Sequence record: KX828711
Length of the DNA: 64,000 nt
Reading direction: 5' to 3' (one strand)
Origin: Shigella phage SH7
The translations under genes and the position numbers were made by a program. How positions within the stretch are numbered: position 1 is the stretch's first letter; each line of letters opens with the position of its first letter. The notes beneath the pieces were generated by a model, which ran no database searches, was not told the origin of the DNA, and was given only the letters and a program-made list of their open reading frames with translations. Shown one piece after another: positions 62,824 through 64,000 of the stretch.

Positions 62824-63018
62824 TTACTTGAATTGTGCAATTCTTTTCTCTAGACATTCAGCATAAGATTTCATTGAGATGAACTGTGAAAGCAGCAGTT
62901 CTTGCTCAACTGCGCTAACTGTTAGAAACTTTGCGCTTTCTAAAAATTTACTCAGTGCATTAATTTTGAGCATTAATTGATCGTATTCTTCTTTTACTCG
63001 TGCTTGATAACCTAACAT
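62824..63018 (-). CDS. Hypothetical protein (rIIB-downstream ORF)
   Basis: Start trimmed to the ATG at 63018 (MLGYQARVKEEY...) behind the same RBS AAGGAAAATT as its neighbour; 64 aa. Confidence 0.5.
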   Translation of the reverse strand: MLGYQARVKEEYDQLMLKINALSKFLESAKFLTVSAVEQELLLSQFISMKSYAECLEKRIAQFK

Positions 63019-63050
63019 AATTTTCCTTAATGTGATAAGGGCCAAAGCCC

Positions 63051-63989
63051 TTATTTAAATTGTTCAGTAACGTCTTCAACTACTTCGTATTGGCAGGTAC
63101 GCATTTTAGCGTCGTTGTAATCAATCGGAATTGATACTACATCGCGAGGATGTACTTTAACTTTTACAACTCGACTAGTTGAACTGCCAAAGTGACGAAT
63201 ATAAGATTTAGAACACACATGCAGACCACGAGAACAAGTTTGTGTATCATCGTCATTCACACGAGTACGTGGCATTTTAACTACTTTACCCGGACTGTTA
63301 TCAAAGGTATTTGAGTGACAGTCAAAGTAATTGCTGCGAACTACTTTCCAAGCATAGAAGTAGCCATCTTCTGTAATTTCAATATCGTTTGCTACCAAGA
63401 AATCAAAGAGTCGAGATACCGCTTTTTGGCTTGGGTTTTCCAACAGATTTTCCAAGAACGGAAAATAAAATTCAAAGTTTTCGCCTTTTTCCATCGAGTC
63501 AAGAATACGATCAACTAAACCAGATCGCAATTCAATATTTTGATAGAACAAGCTTCCACCTTCAATTCGAACATCGCCGGAAATATATTTTTCAACAGCG
63601 CGACGAACATTAATTTTTTGTGCAGCTTCTTCCAGCTTATCTGCTACAAGCAGATTAAGAATTTCCTGGAAGTTTGAATGAGTATTAGGAGTTGCGTTAT
63701 AAGTTACACCGTCAACAGTAATTGAAATGAATTTTTTAGAAGCATTCCAAATAATATCAGATTTAGCAACTGGAGCAATAGCTACATCGCTATTAACTTT
63801 AACTGTAATGTCACCGCTAATAGTAACTGTAGAGCGTTCTGCTTCTTCAGCATTTTTCAAAACACGACGGATTGTGTCAACCGATACACCTTGCCAATCA
63901 GCCAATTCCTGTTGAGTGTAATTACCACTTGAATATAGTTTAACAATTTCAGCTTGTTCGTTTTTGGTCAGGCATTTAATATTGTACAT
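63051..63989 (-). CDS. rIIB: rIIB rapid-lysis protein
   Basis: 312 aa as in T4 rIIB; terminal gene of the T4 map on this side. Confidence 0.9.
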   Translation of the reverse strand: MYNIKCLTKNEQAEIVKLYSSGNYTQQELADWQGVSVDTIRRVLKNAEEAERSTVTISGDITVKVNSDVAIAPVAKSDIIWNASKKFISITVDGVTYNATPNTHSNFQEILNLLVADKLEEAAQKINVRRAVEKYISGDVRIEGGSLFYQNIELRSGLVDRILDSMEKGENFEFYFPFLENLLENPSQKAVSRLFDFLVANDIEITEDGYFYAWKVVRSNYFDCHSNTFDNSPGKVVKMPRTRVNDDDTQTCSRGLHVCSKSYIRHFGSSTSRVVKVKVHPRDVVSIPIDYNDAKMRTCQYEVVEDVTEQFK

Positions 63990-64000
63990 AATTTTCCTTA

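Overview
This 64 kb window is a contiguous segment of a T4-like (T-even) myophage genome, colinear with the T4 map from the 3' end of gene 23 to rIIB. Identifications rest on reading the supplied translations against remembered T4 protein sequences, lengths and gene order; no database search was run. Late and structural genes lie on the + strand (23 C-terminus, 24, uvsW, baseplate 51-27-28-29-48-54, tail fibre 34-35-36-37-38, holin t); early and middle genes lie on the - strand (rnlB, hoc, inh, uvsY, 25-26, alt, ligase 30, rIII, 31, cd, pseT, spanins, alc, rnlA, denA, nrdB, nrdA, td, frd, 32, 59, 33, dsbA, rnh, asiA, arn, motA, 52, stp, ndd, denB, rIIB), plus many small ORFs. It is not T4 itself: td and nrdB are intronless, an HNH endonuclease gene sits exactly between nrdA and nrdB, gene 38 is a T2-type glycine-rich adhesin behind a gp37 with a C-terminal chaperone-like domain, there are two tandem full-length Alt-family genes, and 23/24 and inh/uvsW are directly adjacent. 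Regulatory grammar is readable: TATAAATA late promoters, MotA-box middle promoters, GTTTAC-N18-TAnnAT early promoters and many C(UUCG)G hairpins. Most of the window is well-described T4-type biology and I found no clearly novel multi-gene system. The best candidates for something uncharacterised are the second Alt paralog, a 246 bp GC-richer non-coding stretch with nested inverted repeats between rIII and the next gene, near-identical terminator-plus-early-promoter cassettes, and the small-ORF clusters (30.x, arn-motA, 52-denB). Several ORF-track entries are over-extended at the 5' end through non-ATG starts; I trimmed these to the ATG that matches T4 or sits behind a promoter and ribosome-binding site.
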